Position numbers and translations under genes: made by a program. From Chloroflexota bacterium (lineage in GTDB: Bacteria > Chloroflexota > Dehalococcoidia > DSTF01 > JACRBR01): DNA of 64,000 bases. Under the pieces are notes generated by a model that worked only from the letters and a program-made list of their open reading frames with translations, searched no databases and was not told the origin of the DNA. How positions within the stretch are numbered: position 1 is the first letter of the stretch; every line of letters begins with the position of its first letter. The stretch is taken from contig JAGWOC010000002.1 in the NCBI GenBank assembly GCA_028872875.1, positions 38,574 through 102,573 on the forward strand, given 5' to 3'. Positions 46,789-55,982 of this stretch are shown piece after piece.

Positions 46789-47301
46789 TCAGTCGCGCGG
46801 GCTCAGCTTGTAGAAGTACCCGAGGATGGCACCGTATATGATGTGCGCGAGCAGCGTCACCACCGGCGTCCGGCGGCCGTAGTTCAGCGCCATGAACCCC
46901 GGTGGCTCCAGGCGCGTCGTCGGCTGCGGCCCGGTGAAGTCCGATGCCATGCGCGGGTGCGCGCCCGGCAGCAGGGGCAGCACCGCCAGCAGCACGAACA
47001 GGCCGTGCACCAGCCCGATCGCGGCGCCGACGAACGCGCCCGACCGGCGCCAGGCGTGGAACGTCGCGACGTACAGCCAGCCGACGATCCAGCCGTTCAG
47101 CATGTGCACGACAAACCCCTCGACCTTTGCCCGGTCGCGGTCGGGCGTCAACATCGTGCCCAGCATGAGCGGTAGGTCCATACGCGTGAAGCCGGTCGCC
47201 TGCGCGGTGCGGAGCGTGCCGGTCAGGAAGAACGTCGCCACCAGGCTGCCCAGCACATGGTTGCGGGCGTGCTGGCCACGCGTCACGCGGTCGCTCGTCA
47301 T
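46789..47301 (-). CDS. Conserved membrane protein (about 4 TM)
   Basis: LGTMLTPDRDRAK, HPRMAS and LEPPGFMALNYG; TACACT 6 nt before ATG. Confidence 0.8.
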   Translation of the reverse strand: MTSDRVTRGQHARNHVLGSLVATFFLTGTLRTAQATGFTRMDLPLMLGTMLTPDRDRAKVEGFVVHMLNGWIVGWLYVATFHAWRRSGAFVGAAIGLVHGLFVLLAVLPLLPGAHPRMASDFTGPQPTTRLEPPGFMALNYGRRTPVVTLLAHIIYGAILGYFYKLSPRD

Positions 47302-47393
47302 GGCCGCAGTGTACCGCCACCCTCCGGCGGCGAGGAATCGGGTGACGGCGACGCACGCTGCGGATCTCGTACCGCGGGGGTACACTGGCGCTC

Positions 47394-47672
47394 GTGAAGC
47401 GAGATCTCAGCCAGCGCGTCATGCGGCTGCCGCTGCGCTCCAAGGCGCGGCTCCTCTGGCGCATGCTCCGCGACCCGGACGTGCCGGGCTCTGCCAAGGC
47501 GGTCCTGCCACTCGTCGCCCTCTACCTTGCGATGCCGTTCGATCTCGTCCCTGACCGCATTCCGGTGCTCGGCGAGGTCGACGACCTGCTGGTGATCGCG
47601 CTCGGCTTCGGGATGTTCGTGCTCCTGACGCCCCGGCACGTCGTCGAGCGACACCTCGCGGCATGCGAATGA
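47394..47672 (+). CDS. YkvA/DUF1232 family membrane protein
   Basis: YLAMPFDLVPDRIPVLGEVDD. Confidence 0.9.
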   Translation: MKRDLSQRVMRLPLRSKARLLWRMLRDPDVPGSAKAVLPLVALYLAMPFDLVPDRIPVLGEVDDLLVIALGFGMFVLLTPRHVVERHLAACE

Positions 47673-48982
47673 GCGGCGGACTGCTCGCCGGCGCCGCCGT
47701 TGTCTCGATCGCGCCGCGCGCGGAGGACCTCGCGGCCGGCGTGTATCTGGGCGGCTTTGGGAGCTACCGCAACCGCCGCGCGGCCGGCGTGCACGACGAG
47801 CCGTGGTGTCGCGCGCTCGCGCTCTCCGACGGCACGCTGACCCTGATCGTCGCCGCGCTCGACCTCGTCGGCGCCAGCGGCCCGCTGCTGGCGTCGGTCC
47901 GCGACGACGCGTCGCGCCTGATGGGCGTCGCGCCGGAGCGGATCATCGTCTGCTGCACGCACAGCCACGCCAGTCCCGACCTGCAGGGGCTGTGGGGTGG
48001 CGTCCCGGCGTCGTACCGCACCCATGTCGCGCACCGCGCGGCGAGCGCGATCTGGGAGGCGCTGCAGGCGCTGGTCCCGGTGACGGCGACGGCGGCGACG
48101 GCCACGCTCGACGGCCACGTCCGCAACCGGCGCGGCTGGCCGGAGACGGATGTCGCGCTGACCGCGCTGCGCTTCACCGGCGCCGGCGGCTGGCCCGTCG
48201 CCACCCTCGTCAATTACGCCTGCCACCCGACGGCGAGCGGCCCGGAGAACAGCGACGTGTCGCGCGACTGGTGCGGCTATGCCGTCGATGCCGTGGAGCG
48301 CGAGCTGGGCGGCCCGGCGCTGTACGTCAACGGGGCGATCGGCGACGTGAACCCGGCGCGCGACGGCAGCTTCGAGGCGGCGGAGGCGCTCGGCGCCGCC
48401 GTCGCGCGCCGGACGGTCGAGGCGCTGGAGATGGCGACCGCGGTCGGTGGTGCGCTGGATGTGCGCATGCGTGTGCTCGAGCTGCCGCTGAACTTCGAGC
48501 GTCTGGCGCAGCGCGTGCAGGACGCTGTTGGCCGCGCGGGCCCCGCCCTCTCGCTGCTGAGCAGGGCCGGCGGCCTGCACGGCGCCGCCCGGGCGCTGCA
48601 CGCGGCGGGCCGCCCGGACCTGGCGCAGATCGTCGCGGCGTTCGAGGGCATCTCCGAGCGCCGCCTGGTACACCGGGACGGCAAGACCTACCTGTCGACC
48701 CACTGCGGCTACCTGCGCGTCGGTGGCGACGTGGAGGCCTTCTGCGCTCCGGGCGAGGTGCTGACGCGCCTCGCGCTGCCGCTGCGCGCGTCGCTGGGCG
48801 CGCGCCACCGGCTGTTCCTGGGCATGGCACAGGATACGCTTGGCTACTTCCTTCCCGAGGACGAGTGGATGAGCGGGCGCAATCACAACTACGAGGAGTC
48901 GGTATCGACGGGGAAGCATGCGGGCACCGTGCTGGCGGACGCGCTGCTCTCCCTCGTGCGGCACGGGGAGGCGCGCGCGTGA
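47669..48982 (+). CDS. Neutral/alkaline ceramidase-like amidohydrolase
   Basis: THSHASPD, NYACHPT, NGAIGDVNP, PGE, GY..P and YEESVS; ATGA overlap. Confidence 0.8.
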   Translation: MSGGLLAGAAVVSIAPRAEDLAAGVYLGGFGSYRNRRAAGVHDEPWCRALALSDGTLTLIVAALDLVGASGPLLASVRDDASRLMGVAPERIIVCCTHSHASPDLQGLWGGVPASYRTHVAHRAASAIWEALQALVPVTATAATATLDGHVRNRRGWPETDVALTALRFTGAGGWPVATLVNYACHPTASGPENSDVSRDWCGYAVDAVERELGGPALYVNGAIGDVNPARDGSFEAAEALGAAVARRTVEALEMATAVGGALDVRMRVLELPLNFERLAQRVQDAVGRAGPALSLLSRAGGLHGAARALHAAGRPDLAQIVAAFEGISERRLVHRDGKTYLSTHCGYLRVGGDVEAFCAPGEVLTRLALPLRASLGARHRLFLGMAQDTLGYFLPEDEWMSGRNHNYEESVSTGKHAGTVLADALLSLVRHGEARA

Positions 48983-49716
48983 GGCTGCCGCTCGTGACCT
49001 CGCACGCCGCCTGCAAGGGCCACGCGCCGGAGAACACGCTCGCCGGCGTCGAGCGCGCGATCGCGCTCGGCGCCGACGCGATCGAGATCGACGTGCACTG
49101 CACGCTCGACCGCGTGCCGGTGCTGCTGCACGACGAGACCGTCGACCGCACGACCGACGGCAGCGGCAACGTGCACGAGATGCCGCTCGACGCCGTGCGG
49201 GCGCTCGACGCCGGTGCGCGGCAGTTCGCACCCCGCTTCGCGGGCGCGAAGGTGCCCACCCTGGCCGAGGTGCTCGACGTGACGAAGGGCAAAGTGCTGC
49301 TGCAGATCGAGGTCAAGCAGACGGGGATTGAGCAGGAGGTCGCCGCCGCCGTGCGCGCCGCGGGTGCCGTCGCGTCCTGCGAGGTGCACGCGTTCTACCC
49401 TCAGGTCGTCGAGCGCATGCGGGACGTCGAGCCCCGGATGGCGGGGGCGCTGCTCACCGACGCGCGGCGGATCGTCGACTGGGACGACTTCTTCGGGTTC
49501 GCCCTGTCGCTCGACGCGCAGGGCGTGAGTGTCCACTACGCCGCCGCGACGGCCGAGGTCGTCCGCCGCGGCCATCTCCGCTCGCTCACCTTCATGACTT
49601 GGACGGTCGACGATGGGCCGGATATCGAGCGCATGATCGACGCGGGCGTCGACAGCATCTGCAGCAATCTCCCGGACGCTGTCCGCCGGGCGGTGGATGC
49701 GACCGCGCGCCGATGA
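48979..49716 (+). CDS. Glycerophosphodiester phosphodiesterase
   Basis: SHAACKGHAPENT, IEIDVH, LHDETVDRTT, QIEVK and WTVD motifs; GTGA overlap. Confidence 0.9.
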   Translation: MRLPLVTSHAACKGHAPENTLAGVERAIALGADAIEIDVHCTLDRVPVLLHDETVDRTTDGSGNVHEMPLDAVRALDAGARQFAPRFAGAKVPTLAEVLDVTKGKVLLQIEVKQTGIEQEVAAAVRAAGAVASCEVHAFYPQVVERMRDVEPRMAGALLTDARRIVDWDDFFGFALSLDAQGVSVHYAAATAEVVRRGHLRSLTFMTWTVDDGPDIERMIDAGVDSICSNLPDAVRRAVDATARR

Positions 49717-49801
49717 TGTGACAGCGTACAGCCATCGTGTGGCCGGCGGCGGCGGCGCCGGTCGGATTCCTGGCGTGAGGACTGTGGCTCCTCGCCGACG
49801 A

Positions 49802-51145
49802 TCAATACACGACGTCGTCCGCGCGGTACGCCTCGAGCCGCTGCTTGACGCTCTGCATGAACGCGCCGGCCTGCGCGCCGTCGAGCGCGCGGTGGTCGAA
49901 GCTCAGGCAGAGGTTCATCACGGAGCGCACGGCGAACGACGCTTCGGCCGTCACCCGCAGCTCGCGCCGGACGGCCTCCGTCGTGATGATCGCCGCCTGC
50001 CCCGGCGGGACGACGGGCTGCGACGCGATCGAGCCGAAGGAGCCGGTATTGTCGACCGTGAACGTCGGGCGACGCATCTCGTCGACCGTGAGCTTGCGTT
50101 CCCGCGCCTTCGCGCCCAGCTCGTACAGCTCGTGCGCGAGGCCCGCGATCGACTTGCGGTCGGCATCGCGGATGACCGGCACCACGAGCCCGGTCTCCGC
50201 CGCCACCGCGATGCCAATGTCGTATCGGTGGTGCACGACGATCTCGCCGTCTCCGAAGCTGCTGTTGATCCGCGGGTGCTGCTTGAGCGCGGCCACGACC
50301 GCCTGCACGAAAAACGGCGTGTAGGTCAGCGTGACGCCCTCCGTGCGCTCGAAGTCGGCCTTGATCCGCGCGCGCAGCGCCGCGAGCGCGGTGACGTCCG
50401 CCTCGACCATCATCCATGCCGGTGGTACGGTCTGCTGCGATTCGAGCATGCGCGCCGCGATCGTGCGGCGCGTCGGCGTCAGCGGCACGTGCTCGTCGCT
50501 GCCACCTGTCGCTGGCGCTTCGCCGGCCGCTGGCGCCTCGGGCAGGCGCTGCGCCGCGCTTCGGCCGGGTGGCAGGGGCGCGCCCACGACGCCGGCGCCG
50601 GCGTCCGGCGGCACAGTGTGCATCACAGGGTTCGCGACGTACGCCACCACGTCCTGGCGCGTTACGCGGCCGCCGATGCCCGTGCCCTGCACCAGCGTCA
50701 GGTCGATGCCGTGCTCGGCTGCGAGGCGCAGCACGACCGGCGAGTATTGGCGCGTCCGGTGGTACGCGCCTCTGCCGTCGGCCGCGTCCGGCGGTCGATC
50801 GCGCGCGCCCTGCACGGGAGCTACACCATCGTGCCGGGCGGACGTCGCGGCCGCGTCGCCCCGCGCGGGCTGGTCGACCGGCTGGAGCGCGGCCCGGGGG
50901 GCGACGTCGCCCGCCGCCGCGACCTCCGCGAGCGGCGTCCCGATCGGCACCACTGCGCCCTCCTCCACGAGGATCTTCGCGAGCCGGCCGGCGTACGGCG
51001 ACGGGATCTCGACGACGGCCTTGTCCGTCTCGACCTCAACGAGCGGCTCGTCGAGCGCGATGTCGTCGCCTTCGTGCTTGATCCAGCGCGTGACCGTGCC
51101 CTCGGTCACGCCCTCGCCCACGTTCGGCATCGTCAGTTGCGGCAT
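49802..51145 (-). CDS. bkdB: Branched-chain 2-oxoacid dehydrogenase E2
   Basis: Lipoyl ETDKA, YSPVVLRLA E3-binding domain, and FDHRALDG. Confidence 0.85.
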   Translation of the reverse strand: MPQLTMPNVGEGVTEGTVTRWIKHEGDDIALDEPLVEVETDKAVVEIPSPYAGRLAKILVEEGAVVPIGTPLAEVAAAGDVAPRAALQPVDQPARGDAAATSARHDGVAPVQGARDRPPDAADGRGAYHRTRQYSPVVLRLAAEHGIDLTLVQGTGIGGRVTRQDVVAYVANPVMHTVPPDAGAGVVGAPLPPGRSAAQRLPEAPAAGEAPATGGSDEHVPLTPTRRTIAARMLESQQTVPPAWMMVEADVTALAALRARIKADFERTEGVTLTYTPFFVQAVVAALKQHPRINSSFGDGEIVVHHRYDIGIAVAAETGLVVPVIRDADRKSIAGLAHELYELGAKARERKLTVDEMRRPTFTVDNTGSFGSIASQPVVPPGQAAIITTEAVRRELRVTAEASFAVRSVMNLCLSFDHRALDGAQAGAFMQSVKQRLEAYRADDVVY

Positions 51146-51154
51146 CGCACGCTC

Positions 51155-52135
51155 CTAGTACGCCGCGAGCTCGCGCATCGCCTGCGCGATCTTCTCGCGC
51201 GACGGCAGGCAGTACTCCTCCATGCCGGCGTTGAACGGCATCGCCGGCACGTCCGGCGATGCCAGCCGCCGGATGGGTGCGTCGAGCGCGTCGAAGGCGT
51301 GCTCGGCGATCAGCGCTGCCACCTCGGCGCCGATGCCGCCGGTGAGGTTGTCCTCGTGCACGATCAGCACCTTGCCGGTGCGCCTGGCCGCATCGAGGAT
51401 CGCCCCGCGGTCGAGCGGCGCCAGCGTGCGCAGGTCGAGCACGGTCGCATCGACCGCGCGGTCCGCGGCGAGTTCCCGCGCCGCCTCCAGGCACTCGTGC
51501 GCCATCAGCCCGTAGCTGATCACCGTGATGTCGTCGCCGGTACGGCGCAGCGCGGCCGCGCCGATGCGCACCGGCGCGTCGCCGTCGAGGTCCTCCTTCA
51601 GCATGCGGTACGCCTTCTTGTGTTCGAAGTAGACGACGGGGTCCGGGTCGGCGATCGCCGCCTTGAGCAGCGCCTTCGCGTCGGCCGGCGACGATGGCGC
51701 GACGACCTTGAGGCCCGGCACGTGCGCCAGCAGCGCCTCGATCGACTGCGAGTGGTAGAGCGCGCCACGGATGCCGGCGCCGTACGGCATCCGCACGACG
51801 ATCGGGCAGCCGTAGCCGCCGTCCGAGCGGTAGCGCCACTTCGCGGCCTCGCTGATGAGCTGATTGAAGGCGGGATAGGCGAAGTCGGCGAACTGGATCT
51901 CCGCGACCGGCAGGCAGCCGTTCGTCGCCATGCCGATCGCCACGCCGACGATGCTCGACTCGGCGAGCGGCGTGTCGAGCACACGCGCCGGGCCGAAGCG
52001 CGCGAGCAGCCCGTCAGTGGCGCGGAAGACACCGCCCTCCTGGATGTCCTCGCCGAGCACGATCATCGCGTCGCGCTGCTCCATCTCCTCCCACAGCGCG
52101 TCGTGGATGGCGTCGATGTAGGTCTTTTCCGTCAT
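51155..52135 (-). CDS. bkdAB: Branched-chain 2-oxoacid dehydrogenase E1 beta
   Basis: GGVFRAT, DTPLAES, EIQFADF and ALYHSQS motifs. Confidence 0.88.
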   Translation of the reverse strand: MTEKTYIDAIHDALWEEMEQRDAMIVLGEDIQEGGVFRATDGLLARFGPARVLDTPLAESSIVGVAIGMATNGCLPVAEIQFADFAYPAFNQLISEAAKWRYRSDGGYGCPIVVRMPYGAGIRGALYHSQSIEALLAHVPGLKVVAPSSPADAKALLKAAIADPDPVVYFEHKKAYRMLKEDLDGDAPVRIGAAALRRTGDDITVISYGLMAHECLEAARELAADRAVDATVLDLRTLAPLDRGAILDAARRTGKVLIVHEDNLTGGIGAEVAALIAEHAFDALDAPIRRLASPDVPAMPFNAGMEEYCLPSREKIAQAMRELAAY

Positions 52136-53127
52136 CACGCGTCCTCTGCGAAGACGTGGCGCAGTGCGTCCTCGGGCCGCGGGTCCGCGGCGCCCTCCGC
52201 GCTCTGCACCGCTTCCTCGATGTCGCCCTTGACCTGCGCCCTCAGTGCGGTATCCTCGTCCTCCGTGATCACGCCTTCTTCGAGGAGGTGCTTGCGGAAG
52301 CGGTCGATCGGGTCGCGCTTGATCCACTCCTCGAGCTCGGCGCGCGTGCGGTAGCGTCGGTCGTCGTCGGAAGACGTGTGCGGCACGAGGCGATAGGTCT
52401 TCGCCTCGACGAGCTTCGGGCCGCGGCCGCGGCGGCACTCTTCGATGTTCCAGCGCGCCGTCTGGTAGACCGCGAGCACGTCGTTGCCATCGACCGTCGA
52501 GCCGATGATGTCATAGCCCTTCGCGCGGTCGGCGACGTGCCGCACCGACATCTGCTTCCCGGTCGACTCGGAGATCGCGTAGCCGTTGTTCTCGCAGAAG
52601 AAAACGACGGGCAGCCGGTGGATGGTGGCGAAGTTCAGCGCCTCGTGAAAGTCGCCCTCGCTCGTGGCGCCCTCGCCGAAGTAGGCGACCGTCACCTCCT
52701 TCGATCCCCGCAGCTTCGATGCGTAGGCGATGCCGGCGGCGTGCGGAAGGTTCGCGGCGATGACGCTCGACCGCGTGACGACGCGCGCCTCCGGCCACGA
52801 CCAGTGGCAGGGCATCTGGCGCCCGCCGGAGTTCGGGTCGTCGGCCTTTGCGAAGAGGCCGAGCAGGATGTCGCGCGGCGACATGCCGAGCGCGATCATC
52901 ACGCCGACGTCGCGATAGTACGGCAGCACCCAGTCCGTGCCGCGGCGGAGGGCGTGCGCTGAGCCCACCTGTGCCGCCTCGTGCCCCTGGCCGGTGACCG
53001 CGAAGGCCGCGCGACCCTGCCGGTTGAGCGCGAACATGCGGTCGCTCAGCTCCCGCGACACGAGCATCTCGCGGTACATCGCCCGGTGCAGCTTGTCGGG
53101 TGCGGCACGCGGCCGGGGTTCGTTCAC
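52135..53127 (-). CDS. bkdAA: Branched-chain 2-oxoacid dehydrogenase E1 alpha
   Basis: GQGHEAAQ, PYYRD, SGGRQMPCHW, GEGATSEGDFHEALN and PHTSSDD motifs. Confidence 0.88.
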   Translation of the reverse strand: MNEPRPRAAPDKLHRAMYREMLVSRELSDRMFALNRQGRAAFAVTGQGHEAAQVGSAHALRRGTDWVLPYYRDVGVMIALGMSPRDILLGLFAKADDPNSGGRQMPCHWSWPEARVVTRSSVIAANLPHAAGIAYASKLRGSKEVTVAYFGEGATSEGDFHEALNFATIHRLPVVFFCENNGYAISESTGKQMSVRHVADRAKGYDIIGSTVDGNDVLAVYQTARWNIEECRRGRGPKLVEAKTYRLVPHTSSDDDRRYRTRAELEEWIKRDPIDRFRKHLLEEGVITEDEDTALRAQVKGDIEEAVQSAEGAADPRPEDALRHVFAEDA

Positions 53128-53324
53128 GCGTACCAAGGCATCGCTCCGGGCCACCCCGCGCGACCGGCGCACGTCCGGGCGGCCCCTTGTATTATCGTCC
53201 TTTTCGGGGCGTCTTGGAGCGCGCCCGCCGGAAGGGGGCGCTGCCGTTGCGGGATCGGCCTGCGCGAACGTAGAATGCGCCCAATCCGCCTCTGGAAGGC
53301 GTCCAGGAAGAGGAGGGCGACCCG

Positions 53325-53765
53325 ATGGGTCACGAAGAAGCGCTGGCGGCGGTGCCGCTGTTCTCGCAGCTTAGCCGGAAGGACCTCACCCGTCTCAGCC
53401 GCGCCGTCGTGGAGCGCGACTACAAGAAGGGCCAGACGATCGTGAAGGAGGGCGAGCAGGCCGTCGCCTTCTTCGTCATCATCAAGGGCAAGGTCGAGGT
53501 CACGCACGCCAGCGGCGCGCGCGCGCAGAAGCTGAATGACCTCGGCGCGGGCGAGGCGTTCGGCGAGATGGCGCTGCTCGATGGCGGGCCTCGCGCGGCG
53601 ACCGTGAAGGCGCTGGAGGAGACGAAGTGCCTCGTCCTCTCGCGCTGGGACTTCGTCGCCGAGCTCCGCACCAACCCGCACATCGCGGTCGCGATGCTGC
53701 CGATCCTCAGCCGCCGCCTGCGCGAGGTGGAGGCGAAGCTCGCAAAGCAGGCGGCCACGCACTAG
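53325..53765 (+). CDS. Stand-alone cyclic nucleotide-binding domain protein
   Basis: IVKEGE and FGEMALLDGGPRAATV phosphate-binding cassette; no HTH. Confidence 0.9.
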   Translation: MGHEEALAAVPLFSQLSRKDLTRLSRAVVERDYKKGQTIVKEGEQAVAFFVIIKGKVEVTHASGARAQKLNDLGAGEAFGEMALLDGGPRAATVKALEETKCLVLSRWDFVAELRTNPHIAVAMLPILSRRLREVEAKLAKQAATH

Positions 53766-53971
53766 CCCCGGGGCGTGCGCCGTCCGGCGTTCCGGCGGTC
53801 GTACCGCAGGCGGCGGCAGTGGCGGCCTGGCCGCGCCTGTTGTCGGCGGCCGATGCTTGGGCTTGGATCAATGATTGAAAGGACGTAGCCTGTTCGCACC
53901 GCCGGAGGGAACCGGCCCGCGGCGTGTTCGTGGCCTGGGTCGTCCGACGCCTGACGCAACGGAAGGAGTCC

Positions 53972-54325
53972 ATGATGGGCAATAAGGTCGTCCACTTCGA
54001 AGTCCTTGGCAGCGATGGCAAAAGGCTCCAGCAGTTCTACGCGTCGCTGTTCGGCTGGAAGGTCGATGCGAGCAACCCGATGGAGTACGGCCTCGTCACC
54101 GGCGAGGACGCGGGCATCGGCGGCGGCATCGCCAGGTCGCAGGGTTCGCCCATGGTGACGGTCTACGTCGAGGTGCCCGACCTGGCCGCAGCGCTGACGC
54201 AGGCCGAGCGGCTCGGTGGCAACACGGTGATGCCGCCGATGGATGTCCCCGGCGGGCCGAGGATCGCGCAGTTCGCCGACCCGGACGGCAACGTCATCGG
54301 CCTGACGCAGGCCGGCGCTCCGTAG
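53972..54325 (+). CDS. VOC/glyoxalase family protein
   Basis: VVHFEV, FYASLFGW and FADPDGN motifs. Confidence 0.9.
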   Translation: MMGNKVVHFEVLGSDGKRLQQFYASLFGWKVDASNPMEYGLVTGEDAGIGGGIARSQGSPMVTVYVEVPDLAAALTQAERLGGNTVMPPMDVPGGPRIAQFADPDGNVIGLTQAGAP

Positions 54326-54349
54326 GCCGCCGTCCGGAAGGAGACAGCA

Positions 54350-54706
54350 ATGCCTGAGGACTGGGCGCGGCCCGTCGTCCACTGGGAGATCCAGGCGCGC
54401 GACCCGCAGCGCATCCGTGAGTTCTACGCCCGGATGTTCAACTGGGCGATCGGCGATGGGCCGATCATGCAGATTCCCGCCGGCGCCGGCGGCCCCGAGC
54501 CCGACCAGTTCAGCGGTCACATCCTGCCAGGCGACACGGCGCGTGTCGCGCTCTATATCCAGGTGCGCGACCTGCGCGCCTCGATCGAGCAGGCACAGAC
54601 GCTCGGCGGCGCGGCGCTGAGCCCGCCGTTCGACGTGCCCGGCGGCCCGACGATCGCCGCCATCGCCGACCCCGAGGGGAACCGCGTCGTCCTGGTGCAG
54701 CAGTAG
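54350..54706 (+). CDS. VOC/glyoxalase family protein (tandem paralog)
   Basis: VVHWEI, FYARMFNW and IADPEGN motifs. Confidence 0.9.
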   Translation: MPEDWARPVVHWEIQARDPQRIREFYARMFNWAIGDGPIMQIPAGAGGPEPDQFSGHILPGDTARVALYIQVRDLRASIEQAQTLGGAALSPPFDVPGGPTIAAIADPEGNRVVLVQQ

Positions 54707-54716
54707 CCGCGGCGGT

Positions 54717-55982
54717 CTACAGCAGCAGCCGGATCGGCTCCTCGAGGAGCGCCTTGATCGCGCCGAGGAACTGCGCGCCCTGGGCGCCGTCGGTCACGCG
54801 ATGGTCGGCGGAGAGCGCGACCTTCATCATCTGCCGCGTGACGATGGCGCCGTCGCGTGCGACCGGTTGGTCCATCACGCTCCCGACGCCGAGGATCGCC
54901 GTCTGCGGCGGCTGGATGATGCCGATCAGCGTCTCGATGCCGTAGGCGCCGAGGTTCGTGATGGTGAAGGTGCCCTCGCTCATCTCCTCCGCCCGCAGCA
55001 GACCGCCTTTCGCCCGCCCCGCGAGGTCCTTCGTCTCGCGCGCGATCTGCGTGAGCCGCTTGCGCCCCGCGTCCATCACCGCCGGCGCGATCAGCCCCGC
55101 GTCCATCGCGATCGCGATGCAGATGTTCTGGACGTCGTGGCGCATGACCTCGTCGCCCGCCAACGTCGCGTTGAACATCGGGTGGCCCTGGAGCGCGAGG
55201 GCGGACGCCTTCACGATCAGGTCGTTGATGCTCACGCGGCCTGCTTCGTCCGCCTGTGCATCGTTGATCTGGCGGCGCAGCGCCGCGGCCTCGGTCATGT
55301 CGATGTCGACCAGCAGGTAGTAGTGGGGCGCCTCGCGCTTGCTCTGGGCCATCCGGCGGGCGATCGCCTGCCGCATGCGGCTCATCGCCACGACCTGGCC
55401 GCCAGGCGCGGGCGACGGCCCCGGTCGCGCGGCAGCCGCCGCTTCCTGCGTGCGGGCCGTCACGGCGGCCGTGGCGGGCTCGGCGAACTGCTCGACGTCG
55501 TGGCGCAGGATGCGGCCGTCCGGCCCGCTGCCGTGCACTCGCCGCAGGTCGATGCCCCGTTCGCGCGCGATGCGCTTCGCCACCGGCGACGCCCGCAGGC
55601 GGCCGTCGGCCGGGCCGGCGGCTGGCGCCTCCGACGGCGGTGCTGGACGCGCCGTCATGGCCGACTGCGCCGGCGCTGCGGAGGCCACCGCAACGCTGGC
55701 GTCCGCGGCGGCATGGCCGCCGCTGTATGCCGAGACGTCGTCCTGCGGGCCGCCGATCAGCGCGATCACGTCGCCGACGCGCACGGTGTCGCCTTCGGCG
55801 GCGAGTGCGCCGCGGAAGGTGCCGGCCTCAAAGGCCTCGATCTCGACGTTCGCCTTGTCCGTCTCGATCTCGGCGATCACCTCGCCCCGTTCGACGGCGT
55901 CGCCGTCGTGCTTGAGCCAGCGCAGGACGGTGCCCTCCGTCATGTCGGCGCCCATCTGCGGCATCACAACTTCGGAGATCAT
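54717..55982 (-). CDS. pdhC: Pyruvate dehydrogenase E2
   Basis: ETDKAN lipoyl site, ASPVAKRIA and ADHRVTDG. Confidence 0.88.
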   Translation of the reverse strand: MISEVVMPQMGADMTEGTVLRWLKHDGDAVERGEVIAEIETDKANVEIEAFEAGTFRGALAAEGDTVRVGDVIALIGGPQDDVSAYSGGHAAADASVAVASAAPAQSAMTARPAPPSEAPAAGPADGRLRASPVAKRIARERGIDLRRVHGSGPDGRILRHDVEQFAEPATAAVTARTQEAAAAARPGPSPAPGGQVVAMSRMRQAIARRMAQSKREAPHYYLLVDIDMTEAAALRRQINDAQADEAGRVSINDLIVKASALALQGHPMFNATLAGDEVMRHDVQNICIAIAMDAGLIAPAVMDAGRKRLTQIARETKDLAGRAKGGLLRAEEMSEGTFTITNLGAYGIETLIGIIQPPQTAILGVGSVMDQPVARDGAIVTRQMMKVALSADHRVTDGAQGAQFLGAIKALLEEPIRLLL

